Below are positions 8,866 through 18,635 of a stretch of DNA of 64,000 nucleotides, piece by piece. Made by a program: the position numbers and the translations under genes. Each line of letters starts with the position of its first letter. Within the stretch, counting starts at the first letter, position 1. The notes beneath the pieces were generated by a model. That model was not told the DNA's origin. It worked only from the letters and a program-made list of their open reading frames with translations, and ran no database searches. Source of the DNA: a virus; IMG/VR virus record IMGVR_UViG_3300010403_000024, positions 13,440 through 77,439 of that record; one strand, 5' to 3'.

Positions 8866-9932
8866 GTTTTCAGTTGGCTGGCGATAAATTCAACCTCTGA
8901 CCAAGGGACTAGTGTGCAACCAACTTTGACCCCACTGGAACCGACTCGGTTTATCTGATGATGATCCAGCGGGATTGATAATGAGAGCGACTGGTTTCGG
9001 TTTGCCAGCACGGCAGGCAAGGCGCGTTCGACGGCGGCCCTGCTCACGCTATTGCCGTTCGAGCACTCCACCAAATCTCCGTTGACGCGCAACGCGATGC
9101 CTTTGATTGCGATCCAAGCCCCGTGCTTACAGTCGCGCCAAGCTTGAATGGCGGACTCGTTGGCCAGAAATTCTTTACGCCGCCCGAAAGCAGCGTTTAT
9201 TTCTTCCAACTCAAAGTGGCGGAAGTGCTCGGCGTTGATCTCAGCGGTGAGTTTCTGCGCGTCCTTTTCAGGATCGCAGGAAGCAATCTTGTCCAACACA
9301 GCTTTCACCCTGGCCTTGGCCGTGCGGCGCAAGGTAGCAATGGCGGCGTAGTGGATCACGAACCGTTTGGCAATTTCCCTTTCGCCTGAAGTCTTGGGCG
9401 CTTTCTGAACTGTTAGCGAATGGCTATTGCCGACTTTCTTTGACGACGTGATGACGTACTCCGGATCGTAACCGACAGTGGCGCCCACCTTCAACCCATG
9501 CATGGTGCTCCTGTAATCTTTGTACGTGCAGGCCACCAAACTGTCCTCGCGCATCGAAGTGACGGTTACATAGCGACCTTGCCAGGTGAATTGTGATCCG
9601 ACATGGAGGCGCTCTGGGGTCTTGGCGTTTTCCTCCCAGAGAACGGCGGGCCGTTTCGCGAAAGCTTCAAAACTTTGTTGAGCCGACGCATGGTTAAGGC
9701 TGCAAGCGGCGGAGTAGAAGTGTTCACCGATATGACTGCCGGCGCCGTCACCAAACCACCAACTCCCGCGCAAAGATTTATAGATGCGCCCGAAGGTGTC
9801 TGGCCGGAACGGAAGGTCGGCCTCAATGCAATTCATGAGCGTGCTGCGCAAGGCGGGATTGAGGCGTTTATAGCTGCGCTCGGGGGAACCTTCCAACATG
9901 CGCTCGCAGATGTCGTAAACAATGTCCTTCAT
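8862..9932 (-). CDS. Hypothetical protein (moron-like insertion, 356 aa)
   Basis: Antisense to head operon, own promoter and structured leader, different codon usage; likely start ATG 9932. Confidence 0.7.
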   Translation of the reverse strand: MKDIVYDICERMLEGSPERSYKRLNPALRSTLMNCIEADLPFRPDTFGRIYKSLRGSWWFGDGAGSHIGEHFYSAACSLNHASAQQSFEAFAKRPAVLWEENAKTPERLHVGSQFTWQGRYVTVTSMREDSLVACTYKDYRSTMHGLKVGATVGYDPEYVITSSKKVGNSHSLTVQKAPKTSGEREIAKRFVIHYAAIATLRRTAKARVKAVLDKIASCDPEKDAQKLTAEINAEHFRHFELEEINAAFGRRKEFLANESAIQAWRDCKHGAWIAIKGIALRVNGDLVECSNGNSVSRAAVERALPAVLANRNQSLSLSIPLDHHQINRVGSSGVKVGCTLVPWSEVEFIASQLKT

Positions 9933-9939
9933 ATAATCT

Positions 9940-10048
9940 AAAAAAAAGGCACCCGAACACCGATGTCTAAGCGCGGGCGTTGGGGAACGACCGCCAACGG
10001 CGAACGGATGCCAAATTGTTTGATGTGACTGCATGGGGCTTAGAACCC
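9940..10048 (-). ncRNA. Structured leader resembling P4 CI / P1 C4-type attenuator RNA
   Basis: Outer stem GGCAUCCG/CGGGUGCC + U8, inner hairpin CGUUGG/CCAACG, loop GCUUAGA complementary to upstream UCUAAGC. Confidence 0.5.
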
Positions 10049-10065
10049 AATTAACAATGACAGTT

Positions 10066-10090
10066 CCGCAAAGTTGCGGACAAATGTCAA
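10066..10090 (-). promoter_or_regulatory. -35 TTGACA with perfect operator CCGCAA-AG-TTGCGG
   Basis: TGTCAA at 10085-10090; palindrome 10066-10079. Confidence 0.65.
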
Positions 10091-10093
10091 GCC

Positions 10094-10681
10094 CTACTCG
10101 GAGGTCTCGGCCAACACCAGCCGGATCAGGCGCTTACCTTGGCGCAGCGTGACTGGCATGGGACGCGCTCCAAAAGCCGTCTTGGTCGCTGGTCGCGCCA
10201 CCAGCACACCGTCTCTCCATTCCAGTTCAAAGATGCCAAGATCGCTCTCCTTGCTGAAAGTGTCGGGCTTCTGCCGCTGGATCGGAATGAGGCCCTGAGG
10301 GGAGAACGCACGCTTGCACTCGCGCTCGGTCATGTCACGCACCGGCTTAAACACATTGTTGTGGTGCCCGCGTCGCACCGGGATCGGAGTGTTGGCCACC
10401 ACCAGCGCCTGATCGCGGTAGGGTAATTGGGCGACGGCCCCGGCCAGGCGGGCAGGCAGGAGGAGGGTGCGCGGGTGGAGCTTTTTGTTGCCGATGTCTT
10501 CCAGTGTTTCGAGCATCTCCAGCGTGAGATCGGGGTTGATCTCCATGATGTCGTCGAAGACGTTAGGCTTCTCCAGCTTCATCTCGACCAGCAGGCGCCC
10601 GGCGTCGAGCCACATATCGGCCCCCAGGTCGATCAGGGAGACTATCTTCTCGATCCGCTTCTCAATGCTGTAGGCCGGCAT
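10094..10681 (-). CDS. Hypothetical protein
   Basis: 195 aa ORF with protein-like composition. Confidence 0.65.
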   Translation of the reverse strand: MPAYSIEKRIEKIVSLIDLGADMWLDAGRLLVEMKLEKPNVFDDIMEINPDLTLEMLETLEDIGNKKLHPRTLLLPARLAGAVAQLPYRDQALVVANTPIPVRRGHHNNVFKPVRDMTERECKRAFSPQGLIPIQRQKPDTFSKESDLGIFELEWRDGVLVARPATKTAFGARPMPVTLRQGKRLIRLVLAETSE

Positions 10682-11085
10682 GCCAGCAACTTAAAGCATC
10701 GGGCTACTCTGTAAACCCGGATTCGCCGTCGGCGCGCTTCCATGTTGTGTCTGGTCAACGGCAGTCCGTCCTTGCGCAGCAACCCGCGGATATAAGCCGG
10801 GGCCAACCGGCGGGTGGCGCGCTGCATCCGGGCACGGCGCGTGGAATAATTTTTGGAATAATGCGCGGGCCAGTTCTTGCGGGCGGTGGCGTTGAAGCGC
10901 TGCCGGTTGCGAGCGATCCAGGCGCAGGAAGCGGCGATGGCGCGGACGCGATTGGCCCGATACCACGCTTTTCTGCTGCGGGAACAGCAGGCGCGGCACC
11001 AAGTCTGGAGCCCATCGCATTTGCTGGCGCGTCGGGCAAAGAGACGGCGCGGTTTGCGCCGGCCACATTTGGAACAGCGTTTTAT
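10642..11085 (-). CDS. Zn-finger basic protein (HNH-type N-terminus) with ATA start or mutated start
   Basis: IKRCSKCGRRKPRRLF...DGLQTWCRACC in frame with listed ORF 10642..10827; ATA 7 nt after a TTGACC-N17-CTGACT promoter. Confidence 0.55.
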   Translation of the reverse strand: MKRCSKCGRRKPRRLFARRASKCDGLQTWCRACCSRSRKAWYRANRVRAIAASCAWIARNRQRFNATARKNWPAHYSKNYSTRRARMQRATRRLAPAYIRGLLRKDGLPLTRHNMEARRRRIRVYRVARCFKLLACRPTALRSGSRR

Positions 11086-11127
11086 GTTTGCAAGTCAGCA
11101 AAGTTGCGGATAAAGGGTCAAGCGCAA

Positions 11128-11334
11128 ATGAACTTCTGGGGCATGAGCTTCTACTGGGATTGGTGGCGGATCGGCATCTGCCGCAGCCACCGGGCTTTCC
11201 TGAGTCAACTGGCCCCGGCGGACCATACTCCCAACCCGCTACCGATCCTGAGCCGGGCGATCAACCGGGTCTGTCGGGCCTTTAATGTGCGGGTGCCAAG
11301 GTGGCGTCGTGGGCGCTGGAGGGCCAAGACGTAA
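11128..11334 (+). CDS. Small hypothetical protein
   Basis: MNFWGMSFYWDWWRIG...; TAATG coupling to next gene. Confidence 0.4.
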   Translation: MNFWGMSFYWDWWRIGICRSHRAFLSQLAPADHTPNPLPILSRAINRVCRAFNVRVPRWRRGRWRAKT

Positions 11335-11651
11335 TGTTGCCCATCGACTACGTGCCGCTTGAATCCCGCGAGGTGGAAGCCATCCAGCACTGGTTCGCCT
11401 CTGGGGCTTACCCACTGGTCTGTGAATGCCTGGAGGCGAAGATGGCGCAGGCCACGGAGTCGGCGCTCAAGGCGATGTGTGATGTCACCCTGACGGACGA
11501 GGCGCGGAACGAGCGGATGAGTCACTCCATAAAGGAATCACTCACCATCAAAGCCGCTTTAGACTTGCTGGAGACGCTGGCGCAGGGTTTCCATGGCGAG
11601 GATGAGAGCAACAAGTTTGAGTATTTGAGAATGACCGCGAAGTTGAAGTGA
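11334..11651 (+). CDS. Small helical head-module protein
   Basis: 105 aa ORF directly before scaffold, a typical podovirus position. Confidence 0.6.
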   Translation: MLPIDYVPLESREVEAIQHWFASGAYPLVCECLEAKMAQATESALKAMCDVTLTDEARNERMSHSIKESLTIKAALDLLETLAQGFHGEDESNKFEYLRMTAKLK

Positions 11652-11656
11652 TTTTT

Positions 11657-13333
11657 ATGGCTGACGAGAAGACCGACAAGACCCAAACCGAAACAGTAAC
11701 ACTCACGCCCGAACAGCAGGCGGCGCAGGAATTGCAAAAGCAGAACGACGACGCCTATCAGCGCGCGAAGTTCCTGCACGCCAACAACTACGGTCCGGAC
11801 CCGGACAAGGAAGTGATCACGCTGCCGGACGGGACGGACGAGCGCGGGCGTCCCAAGATGAAGGAGTGGGATTTTCGCCCCAAAGCGGGCGACGAACCGC
11901 CGGCCGACAAACCGCCAGCCGAAACGACCGAGACCGAGACCGAAGAGCAGAAGGCGGCGCGGGAGGAAGAGGAACGGAAAAAGGCCGAGGCCAAAGCGGC
12001 GGACAGGGCCAGGAAGCCGAAGAAGGCCAAGGCGGAGGCGCCTGCGGCGCCGCCGGCACCGAGCCAGGAAGAGCTGGTTACGGCGGCGGCGACGGCGGCG
12101 GTCGAGGCGGTCAGGGCGTCGGACCGGCTAAAGCCGGGACTCCATACCCCGGCGGAGGACTTGGAACTGTCCGCGGCGGACAAGCGCGTACTCGAGGTGC
12201 TGGGCGGGTTGGAAACCGAGAATGAAGGTTACAAAGGGATCAAAGAAGCCACGATCAGCTTCTGGCGAAAGGAACGGGCTTATGTTGAAAACTGGGAGAA
12301 GGAGCATCCGGGTGAGGTTTTTGACCGCGAGAGCGATCACTATCTCGATTTCTGCCGCAAGCAGAATCCGGAGTTTAAGCACGCGAACTTCGACGAGGAC
12401 TTCGAGCGCATGCAGATCGAGCAGGCGGCCGAGCGGGTGGTGCAGAAGCGGGTCTCGAAGCTGGAAGCGACCAGCCGGGCCACCGAGGAGAAGGTGGAAA
12501 CCAAACTGCGCATGCGCGAGGAAGCCCAGGAAGTGGTGGGGTTGGCCCAGAGCGGCAAGGCCGAGTTTGTCGCACTGGTGGTGCCCGAATTGGTGAAAGC
12601 CGTTGCGGGCGAGGATGAGTTTGAGATCACGCCCGAAGCGGTGGCCAAGATGGAGGAGCACGCGACGCCGGTGCAGATGCGGGTGATCGACGAATTGTCG
12701 GACGAGCTGGGTCTGCAACTGGTGGAGTTGGAGCGGCTCTCGCGCTACCCCAGCCAGTACCGTCCGAATGAGAACTGGAAAGTGGAGTTGAAGACATCTG
12801 GGCGCGAGGTCTATCCCCATCGCGAACTGCTGCATTACGCGGCGCGCCTGGAGGCGGCGGTGGCGAGCGATCCAAAGAACGCCCGCGGTGGCAAAGCCTT
12901 TTTGACCAGCGAAGACTGGCAGAAGCGGGTGGACTCCATCATGCAGGGGGCGGGCACGGTCGAGACCAAGCGCACCGCATTGCAGAAGCTGGATGCGACC
13001 CATTACCGGCTGGGGGTGGACGACATTCGCGGGGCGCTGATCGCCGAATACGGAGCACGCGCCAAGCGCAAGATCACCGAATTGGAGGAATTAGTGGCCT
13101 TGACGGGCAAAAAAAATGGAGCGGCCAAAACGGCGCTTGGGGCAGAGGTCAGAGGTCAGAAGTCAGAAGTCAAAGAGGGGGAAGGAACGGCTAACACCAC
13201 GGTAAATACTGAGCAGCAGCGCACGCGGTCCAAGCCGCCGGCCTCGGCCTCGGCGTCTGACAGAGTGAACGCGCCTGCGCCCAAGGAGTTGACGGAAGCA
13301 GAAAGATTGGAGTTGGCCCGCGCCCACTACTGA
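11657..13333 (+). CDS. Capsid scaffolding protein
   Basis: Highly charged E/K/A-rich coiled-coil protein immediately upstream of capsid gene. Confidence 0.7.
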   Translation: MADEKTDKTQTETVTLTPEQQAAQELQKQNDDAYQRAKFLHANNYGPDPDKEVITLPDGTDERGRPKMKEWDFRPKAGDEPPADKPPAETTETETEEQKAAREEEERKKAEAKAADRARKPKKAKAEAPAAPPAPSQEELVTAAATAAVEAVRASDRLKPGLHTPAEDLELSAADKRVLEVLGGLETENEGYKGIKEATISFWRKERAYVENWEKEHPGEVFDRESDHYLDFCRKQNPEFKHANFDEDFERMQIEQAAERVVQKRVSKLEATSRATEEKVETKLRMREEAQEVVGLAQSGKAEFVALVVPELVKAVAGEDEFEITPEAVAKMEEHATPVQMRVIDELSDELGLQLVELERLSRYPSQYRPNENWKVELKTSGREVYPHRELLHYAARLEAAVASDPKNARGGKAFLTSEDWQKRVDSIMQGAGTVETKRTALQKLDATHYRLGVDDIRGALIAEYGARAKRKITELEELVALTGKKNGAAKTALGAEVRGQKSEVKEGEGTANTTVNTEQQRTRSKPPASASASDRVNAPAPKELTEAERLELARAHY

Positions 13334-13414
13334 AAATCGTTTAAAACCTTGTGTTGAACGGGGACCGGCTGAAGCCGGGACTCCATGCACGTGAAACACA
13401 AAGCTTAAACGATT

Positions 13415-15295
13415 ATGGCAGCACCAGTCACCTCGGTCTCAAATACGGTCCCGATCACCAACCGGGCCTTAAACATCTCCGACCATTTTGCCGCGCAATG
13501 CAGCGTGGTGGTCGATAGCGATTACGATACGTGCGGGACGATCACCCGCGCCAGCATCGCCTACCTGACCAAGAACCAGCTGGACGCGATCTTCAGTCCG
13601 GGCGGGCTGTTCGCCGACCTCGATGCGTGGTTCAAGCATTCGATTGAGATGCGCGCCTGCGGCGTGCAGCGCTTCGCCCTCTACGACTGGATCATGGCCA
13701 ACGCTGACCGCCGAAATTTCCGGGCCGCGCTTTACCCCGGCGTGAAGGCGATGAAGGGGCCGACGATCCTGCAGCCGTTCATCATGGGGCGGCAGATGTC
13801 GATCATCAACCGCGACCATTGGCAGATCACGTCTGGCGGCAACATGACGGCGCCGACCGGGGCTTCGCTGGGCGGCGGCACCCTGCAGAGCCGGTTTACC
13901 GACAGCAGCGGCAACGCCCTGGACGCGACCAAATACGTGCGGGTCGAGAGCCGGTACGGGACGCCGGTCAATCAGGCGTTCTTCCGCCCGATGGATACCG
14001 TGCATATCTTCAACACCGCGAGCGGGGTGCTGCAGCATGGGGCCTGGCGCGTGATCGATTCAATCCACGATTCGACCCAGCAGTATTGTTACGTGGCCCT
14101 GCAGAGTTTGAACGCGGGCTCGACCGAGCAGTATGACGCTTCACCCGGCCAGGCGCTGGCGGCCTACATGGTGCCGGGCTTGAACAACGTGCAGGACTGG
14201 GAAACGTGGTGCAATAACCGTCCAACCCTCGACGGCCGCAAGATGGTGCCCTTCTGGCGCCAGACCGATCGCTGGACCCGCTGCGTCGATTCGGAATATC
14301 TGATCGTCTATTCGCGCCTGATGGAGGCCAATGCGGCCTTCCGCGAATTCGGCGACCTGCCGCTGGCCGAGCGCAACAAGCAGGACGAGATGGAGCGCCA
14401 GAAGCGGTTTGTGAACGACTTCTTCTACAACAAGCCGTTGGCGAACCAGGATCTGGTGAACTGGCAGAGTCTGGAAAAGATTTACTCCGTCGATGGCGCC
14501 GGCCTGAGCCTGGGCATCGGCAGCAAGCAGGTCGCTTACCGCGCCAACTTTATTGGGGTGCGCGAGCAGCTCCGCATCTGCGCGCAGGTCTATGACTTGG
14601 TGAATCATCCGCTGGAATTCTACGAGTTCCTCGACCTGAACTATTCGATCATGCGGGCGCGCAACACCTTTTACGGGCGCCAGATCACGGACATCGACTG
14701 GTACACGAGCAACCAGTTTGCGGCGCTGCTCTCCCAGGCGTATTCGACCTACATCAATCAGGTCTGGCCGGGGCTGAACCCGCAGATCCTGGTGGGCGAC
14801 CAGTTGACCGGGTTGACCAAGCTGGGCCAGCCGTACCTGCGCTTCCGGGTGCATTATCCCAGCGGCGTGAACATCAACATCATCTCCGACTTTTACTTCG
14901 ACGACCGGCTGGACCAGTTCCAGAACCAGATCTTTGCCGGGGAATCAAGCGCGGGCATCAACCAGGAATGGGCGGGCAACCTGCTCTGGTGCCTCGACAT
15001 CGGCAAGCCGGGCGCGGGCAGCATCTACTGGGCGCAGGTGGCATCCAACCGGCGCACGACCTCGACGGCGAGCCTGAACGAACTGGCCAAGCTGGACTCG
15101 ACCTTCCGCTGCACCATGAACGTGATCAGCATCGAGCAGACGCTGAACAGCAACGAAGGAACGGCGGTGGTCGAATGCCCGCTGGGTAACGCCATGCTGG
15201 AGGGGATTAGTCTGGTCACGCCGACGACACGCGGACGGGCGAAGACGATTGGGGGAACCGGGTCCAGTGGCCAATACTCTGATCTTTACAGCTAA
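13415..15295 (+). CDS. Major capsid protein (626 aa)
   Basis: Follows scaffold, strongly biased codon usage, followed by intrinsic terminator; 10 Cys. Confidence 0.7.
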   Translation: MAAPVTSVSNTVPITNRALNISDHFAAQCSVVVDSDYDTCGTITRASIAYLTKNQLDAIFSPGGLFADLDAWFKHSIEMRACGVQRFALYDWIMANADRRNFRAALYPGVKAMKGPTILQPFIMGRQMSIINRDHWQITSGGNMTAPTGASLGGGTLQSRFTDSSGNALDATKYVRVESRYGTPVNQAFFRPMDTVHIFNTASGVLQHGAWRVIDSIHDSTQQYCYVALQSLNAGSTEQYDASPGQALAAYMVPGLNNVQDWETWCNNRPTLDGRKMVPFWRQTDRWTRCVDSEYLIVYSRLMEANAAFREFGDLPLAERNKQDEMERQKRFVNDFFYNKPLANQDLVNWQSLEKIYSVDGAGLSLGIGSKQVAYRANFIGVREQLRICAQVYDLVNHPLEFYEFLDLNYSIMRARNTFYGRQITDIDWYTSNQFAALLSQAYSTYINQVWPGLNPQILVGDQLTGLTKLGQPYLRFRVHYPSGVNINIISDFYFDDRLDQFQNQIFAGESSAGINQEWAGNLLWCLDIGKPGAGSIYWAQVASNRRTTSTASLNELAKLDSTFRCTMNVISIEQTLNSNEGTAVVECPLGNAMLEGISLVTPTTRGRAKTIGGTGSSGQYSDLYS

Positions 15296-15315
15296 AATAT
15301 TAGTTGACCACTGCG

Positions 15316-15347
15316 AGGGTGCGGCTATGTTAGCCGCACCCTTTTTT
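15316..15347 (+). terminator. Intrinsic terminator after capsid gene, overlapping putative promoter of HNH gene
   Basis: AGGGTGCGGCTA-tgt-TAGCCGCACCCT + T-run; TTGACC...TATGTT overlaps it. Confidence 0.8.
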
Positions 15348-16073
15348 ATGACCGCAGAAGAAGTCACTGCCGAGACAATTCGCCGAATCAACTCCCCGAG
15401 ACGCTCAGATGCCACGCCATTTTTCAGGATGCCGAAGGGTTGGAATTGGAACCACGCACATCCAACCCTGTACCTCTGGTTGGCAGTGCTCAGCATCTGC
15501 AACCGGGAGAAATACCATCTCGTTCGCAAGTTTGTTTACCGTGCGGCCAACCTGGAGCGCCGAGCCAAGGTCAAGGTGAAGAATGCCTCCTTGCGGCAAT
15601 ACCGGAAGGAACGCCGGGAAATTCGGCGGCGAGATCCCGCCTACGCCGAGCTTGAACGCCAAAGGAACAAGGACGACTTCCAGAAGCACAAACCGAGGAT
15701 CTACGCCTATCGAAAGCGTCGGCGAAAGAGCGACCCGCAATATCAGATCTCCTCCAACCTGCGGACCTACATCTACCAACATGTGGGAGAGAAGACGCAG
15801 CGTGGCGAGAGCCGCTTTCGCAAGCTGGTGGGTTGCTCGGTGGCGGAATTGCAGGCACATCTTGAGTGGCAATTTTTGCCGGGGATGACGTGGGGCAACT
15901 ACGGGAGAGGGATGGGCAAATGGAATATGGATCACATTCGACCCTGCGCGAGCTTCGATATGACCGATCAACAGCAAGTGCTGGAGTGCTTCAACTGGCG
16001 GAACTTGAGGCCGCTCTGGTGGCAGGACAACCTGGCCAAATCAGATAAATTTGTGTTGCACTCAGGCTTCTGA
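15348..16073 (+). CDS. Free-standing HNH-family endonuclease
   Basis: GCS..EL..HLE.QF..GMTW.NYG...W.MDHIRPCASFD...CFNWRNLRPLW..DN..K motif. Confidence 0.85.
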   Translation: MTAEEVTAETIRRINSPRRSDATPFFRMPKGWNWNHAHPTLYLWLAVLSICNREKYHLVRKFVYRAANLERRAKVKVKNASLRQYRKERREIRRRDPAYAELERQRNKDDFQKHKPRIYAYRKRRRKSDPQYQISSNLRTYIYQHVGEKTQRGESRFRKLVGCSVAELQAHLEWQFLPGMTWGNYGRGMGKWNMDHIRPCASFDMTDQQQVLECFNWRNLRPLWWQDNLAKSDKFVLHSGF

Positions 16074-16110
16074 CGCGGCACTATGCCGTCGCATTCGCGG
16101 GCCATACACC

Positions 16111-16144
16111 GGGCGCTCCTTCTCGACGGGAGCGCCCTTTTTTC
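16111..16144 (+). terminator. Intrinsic terminator
   Basis: GGGCGCTCC-N9-GGAGCGCCC + T7. Confidence 0.8.
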
Positions 16145-16162
16145 TACCCGAATTCACTTCGG

Positions 16163-16193
16163 ACTTGACAAATTTGCCGAGTTGGAGTTTTGT
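16163..16193 (+). promoter_or_regulatory. Promoter/operator ACTTGACAAATTTGCCGAGTTG
   Basis: Near-identical to 31953-31975 and to reverse complement of 60935-60957. Confidence 0.7.
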
Positions 16194-16213
16194 CGCGGGC
16201 GCAAAGCAAATTT

Positions 16214-16525
16214 ATGATCGTGCTGCCCATCCAAGTAAACGACCGCGAGTATGACGTGCTGATGGTGCTGGAGGACGAGAACCTGGAGCGGATCAAGGCG
16301 GGCGACCCGGCGGAATTGAATCTGGCCAAGTTCCCCGATAAGTGGAGCACCATGCGGCTGCGCAAGTTGCAAGTCGGCTGGCTGCCGAGCGCGGTGCTCA
16401 AGGCGACCATTATCAAGGTGCAGGAGACGGGCGATGTGGCGCACTTGATCGACAAGTTTTTCAAAGGCTGGAAGGTGGAGCCGCAGGATGACAGCATGGG
16501 GCCGCAAAAGATGCGAGGAAACTAA
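16214..16525 (+). CDS. Hypothetical protein
   Basis: 103 aa ORF downstream of promoter. Confidence 0.6.
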   Translation: MIVLPIQVNDREYDVLMVLEDENLERIKAGDPAELNLAKFPDKWSTMRLRKLQVGWLPSAVLKATIIKVQETGDVAHLIDKFFKGWKVEPQDDSMGPQKMRGN

Positions 16526-16609
16526 AATGGACGAACTGAAACAAGGCTTGATTGGAGCGGGGCTGGCGCTGCTGCTGTTGATCCTCTTGGGCATATTGCT
16601 CAGGTGCGT

Positions 16610-16795
16610 ATGATCCGCCAGAAACCAATCCGACCGAAGCACCCGCGGATCAAGTGTCCAGAGTGCGGGACGGACGTGAGCGTGTCGGCCTGCGGGATCT
16701 GGCCGCACTACGACTGGCGCGGGAGGCTACACGAAAGGTGCCCGATGTCGGGCAAGCGGCTGCCAGAGCCGAAACCAGAACAGGAGCAACCATGA
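16610..16795 (+). CDS. Small Zn-finger protein
   Basis: CPECG...H...CPMSG. Confidence 0.55.
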   Translation: MIRQKPIRPKHPRIKCPECGTDVSVSACGIWPHYDWRGRLHERCPMSGKRLPEPKPEQEQP

Positions 16796-17034
16796 CCCAC
16801 ATCCTGATCGAGTTGCAGGTGAAGAACGGCGAGGTGATGGTGCTGGTCCAACACCAAAAGGGCGCCACCGAAAATGAGAGGGAGAAAGAGATCGGGGAAT
16901 GGGTAGCCAAGGGCTTGCTCGAACTGATCCCGATGATGCTGGGAGCAGAGGTGCAGGAAACGGCGGAAGGCCCCATGAGCGTGGTGGGGCCGCACATCCG
17001 CAAGCGGGTCGAGGAGTGGAGGAACAAAACGTGA
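16792..17034 (+). CDS. Hypothetical protein
   Basis: MTHILIELQVKNG...; coupled on both sides. Confidence 0.55.
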   Translation: MTHILIELQVKNGEVMVLVQHQKGATENEREKEIGEWVAKGLLELIPMMLGAEVQETAEGPMSVVGPHIRKRVEEWRNKT

Positions 17035-17891
17035 AAGTGGAGATCCTGGTTGTAACGCACGCCAAGGACCTGCCTTACCTGCGCTGGTGCCTGCAATCGA
17101 TCAAGAAGTTCGGGAGCGGGTTTACGGGCGTGACGCTGGTCTATCCTGAGCAGGAGCGCGAACAGTTCGATCGAGCCCAAGTGGGGAAGCACTGGTGCGT
17201 GGGAGCGTTACTCCTGCGCGAGTTCGACCAGTTCCCCGGCAAGGGAATGCTGGATCACATGGCGCAGAAGATGATGGCCGACATCCACTGCCCGGAGGCC
17301 GACTACATCCTGCACGTCGATTCGGACTGCGTGTTCCGGGAGGCGTTCAAGCCGGAGGATTATTTCGAGCCGCATGGGGAATTTTTCTGCAATGAGGACT
17401 ATCTGAAGGCCAACTTGAAGCCGGTGCTGCTGATCGAGCCTTACGAAGTGCTCAAGACCAAGCATCCAGGGCGCTATCACTGGAAAAGCGTGGTGGAGGC
17501 CATGCTGGGGCTGCCTTGCGAGTACGAGACCATGTGCCGGCATCCGATGGTGAACCCACGCGGGGTCTACGCGCCCTACCGGGAGTTCCTGGAGCGGCGC
17601 TGGAAGCTGCCCTTCCGGCATTACTACCTGACGGGCAACAACGCCTTTCCTCAGTCAATTTGCGAGTTCAACAGCCTGGGGGCCTTCTGGATCACATGGG
17701 AGCATCAACCTGGCGACGGATTCAGCAAGTGTCCCTGGCATCTGATCGACCTTTCGAAGAAGCAACGCCCCAAGGACAAGCTGGTTCAGTTTTGGAGCCA
17801 TAGCCCGCCGGACAAGCCGCAGGAGATCTGGATCGACGGCAAGGAAGTGGTGGTGGTGCCGGAGGTGCTGATCAAGGAGATTCTCGCCTGA
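17031..17891 (+). CDS. GT-A fold glycosyltransferase
   Basis: GTG start; ILVVTHAKDLPYLRWCLQSIKKF N-terminus, ILHVDSD DxD motif, QFWSH. Confidence 0.75.
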   Translation: MKVEILVVTHAKDLPYLRWCLQSIKKFGSGFTGVTLVYPEQEREQFDRAQVGKHWCVGALLLREFDQFPGKGMLDHMAQKMMADIHCPEADYILHVDSDCVFREAFKPEDYFEPHGEFFCNEDYLKANLKPVLLIEPYEVLKTKHPGRYHWKSVVEAMLGLPCEYETMCRHPMVNPRGVYAPYREFLERRWKLPFRHYYLTGNNAFPQSICEFNSLGAFWITWEHQPGDGFSKCPWHLIDLSKKQRPKDKLVQFWSHSPPDKPQEIWIDGKEVVVVPEVLIKEILA

Positions 17892-17909
17892 CCGAACTAT
17901 CATCGTGAT

Positions 17910-18635
17910 ATGAAAATCTGGATCTTCAGCTTTTGCCGGAATGAGGAGCGGATGCTGCCGTGGTACCTGCGCCACTACGAGCGGTTTGCCGAGCGCATTT
18001 TGGTGTGGGACGATCATAGTTGGGACGGGAGCTTTGAGATTTTGAAACACCACCCGAAGGTGACGGTCTATCCCTGGCCCTACGACAGCGGGTTGAACGA
18101 CGAGATGATGAACCGCTTCGCGATGGCGACCGCGCCGGGGTTGACTCAGCACAACAAATGCGACTGGTGGATGTGGGTGGACATTGACGAGTTCATTTAT
18201 CACCCACAGATGGAAGACGCGCTGGACATGGGCGGTTACTACGACGCGATAATTCCGATTGGCTATAACATGATGAGCGCGAATGGGTTGCCGGTCGATG
18301 ACGGGAAGAGCCAACTGACGGATCTCCTCAGAACTGGAGTGGCGGCACCAGTCTATAGCAAGCCGGTGATCGTGCGACAGGGACGGCAGGTTTACTGGGA
18401 TCGTGGGCGGCACCATTTCGAGAACTGTCCGCTGACGGTGAACCCGTATACCGGGATCAAACTCCTGCACTACCGCTACCTTGGCGCCGACTACACCCGG
18501 GTACGCAACGCCCGCAACTACGCGGCGGTCGGACCGGACAAGCAGGCGGCTTGGAGTTGCGCGCCGGATTACAAGGGCGAGGGCTCGCCGGAGTGGGTGC
18601 TGGCGGCGCAGAAGGGGGCGTTTGAGGTGATATGA
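17910..18635 (+). CDS. Glycosyltransferase family 2-like
   Basis: CRNEERMLPWYLRHY, VWDDHSWDGS, WVDIDEF, LLHYRY. Confidence 0.85.
   Translation: MKIWIFSFCRNEERMLPWYLRHYERFAERILVWDDHSWDGSFEILKHHPKVTVYPWPYDSGLNDEMMNRFAMATAPGLTQHNKCDWWMWVDIDEFIYHPQMEDALDMGGYYDAIIPIGYNMMSANGLPVDDGKSQLTDLLRTGVAAPVYSKPVIVRQGRQVYWDRGRHHFENCPLTVNPYTGIKLLHYRYLGADYTRVRNARNYAAVGPDKQAAWSCAPDYKGEGSPEWVLAAQKGAFEVI

Noticed and set aside
15348-16073. Group I intron or intein in capsid gene
   Set aside because: Capsid ORF ends with a stop and terminator before the HNH gene; no downstream exon seen
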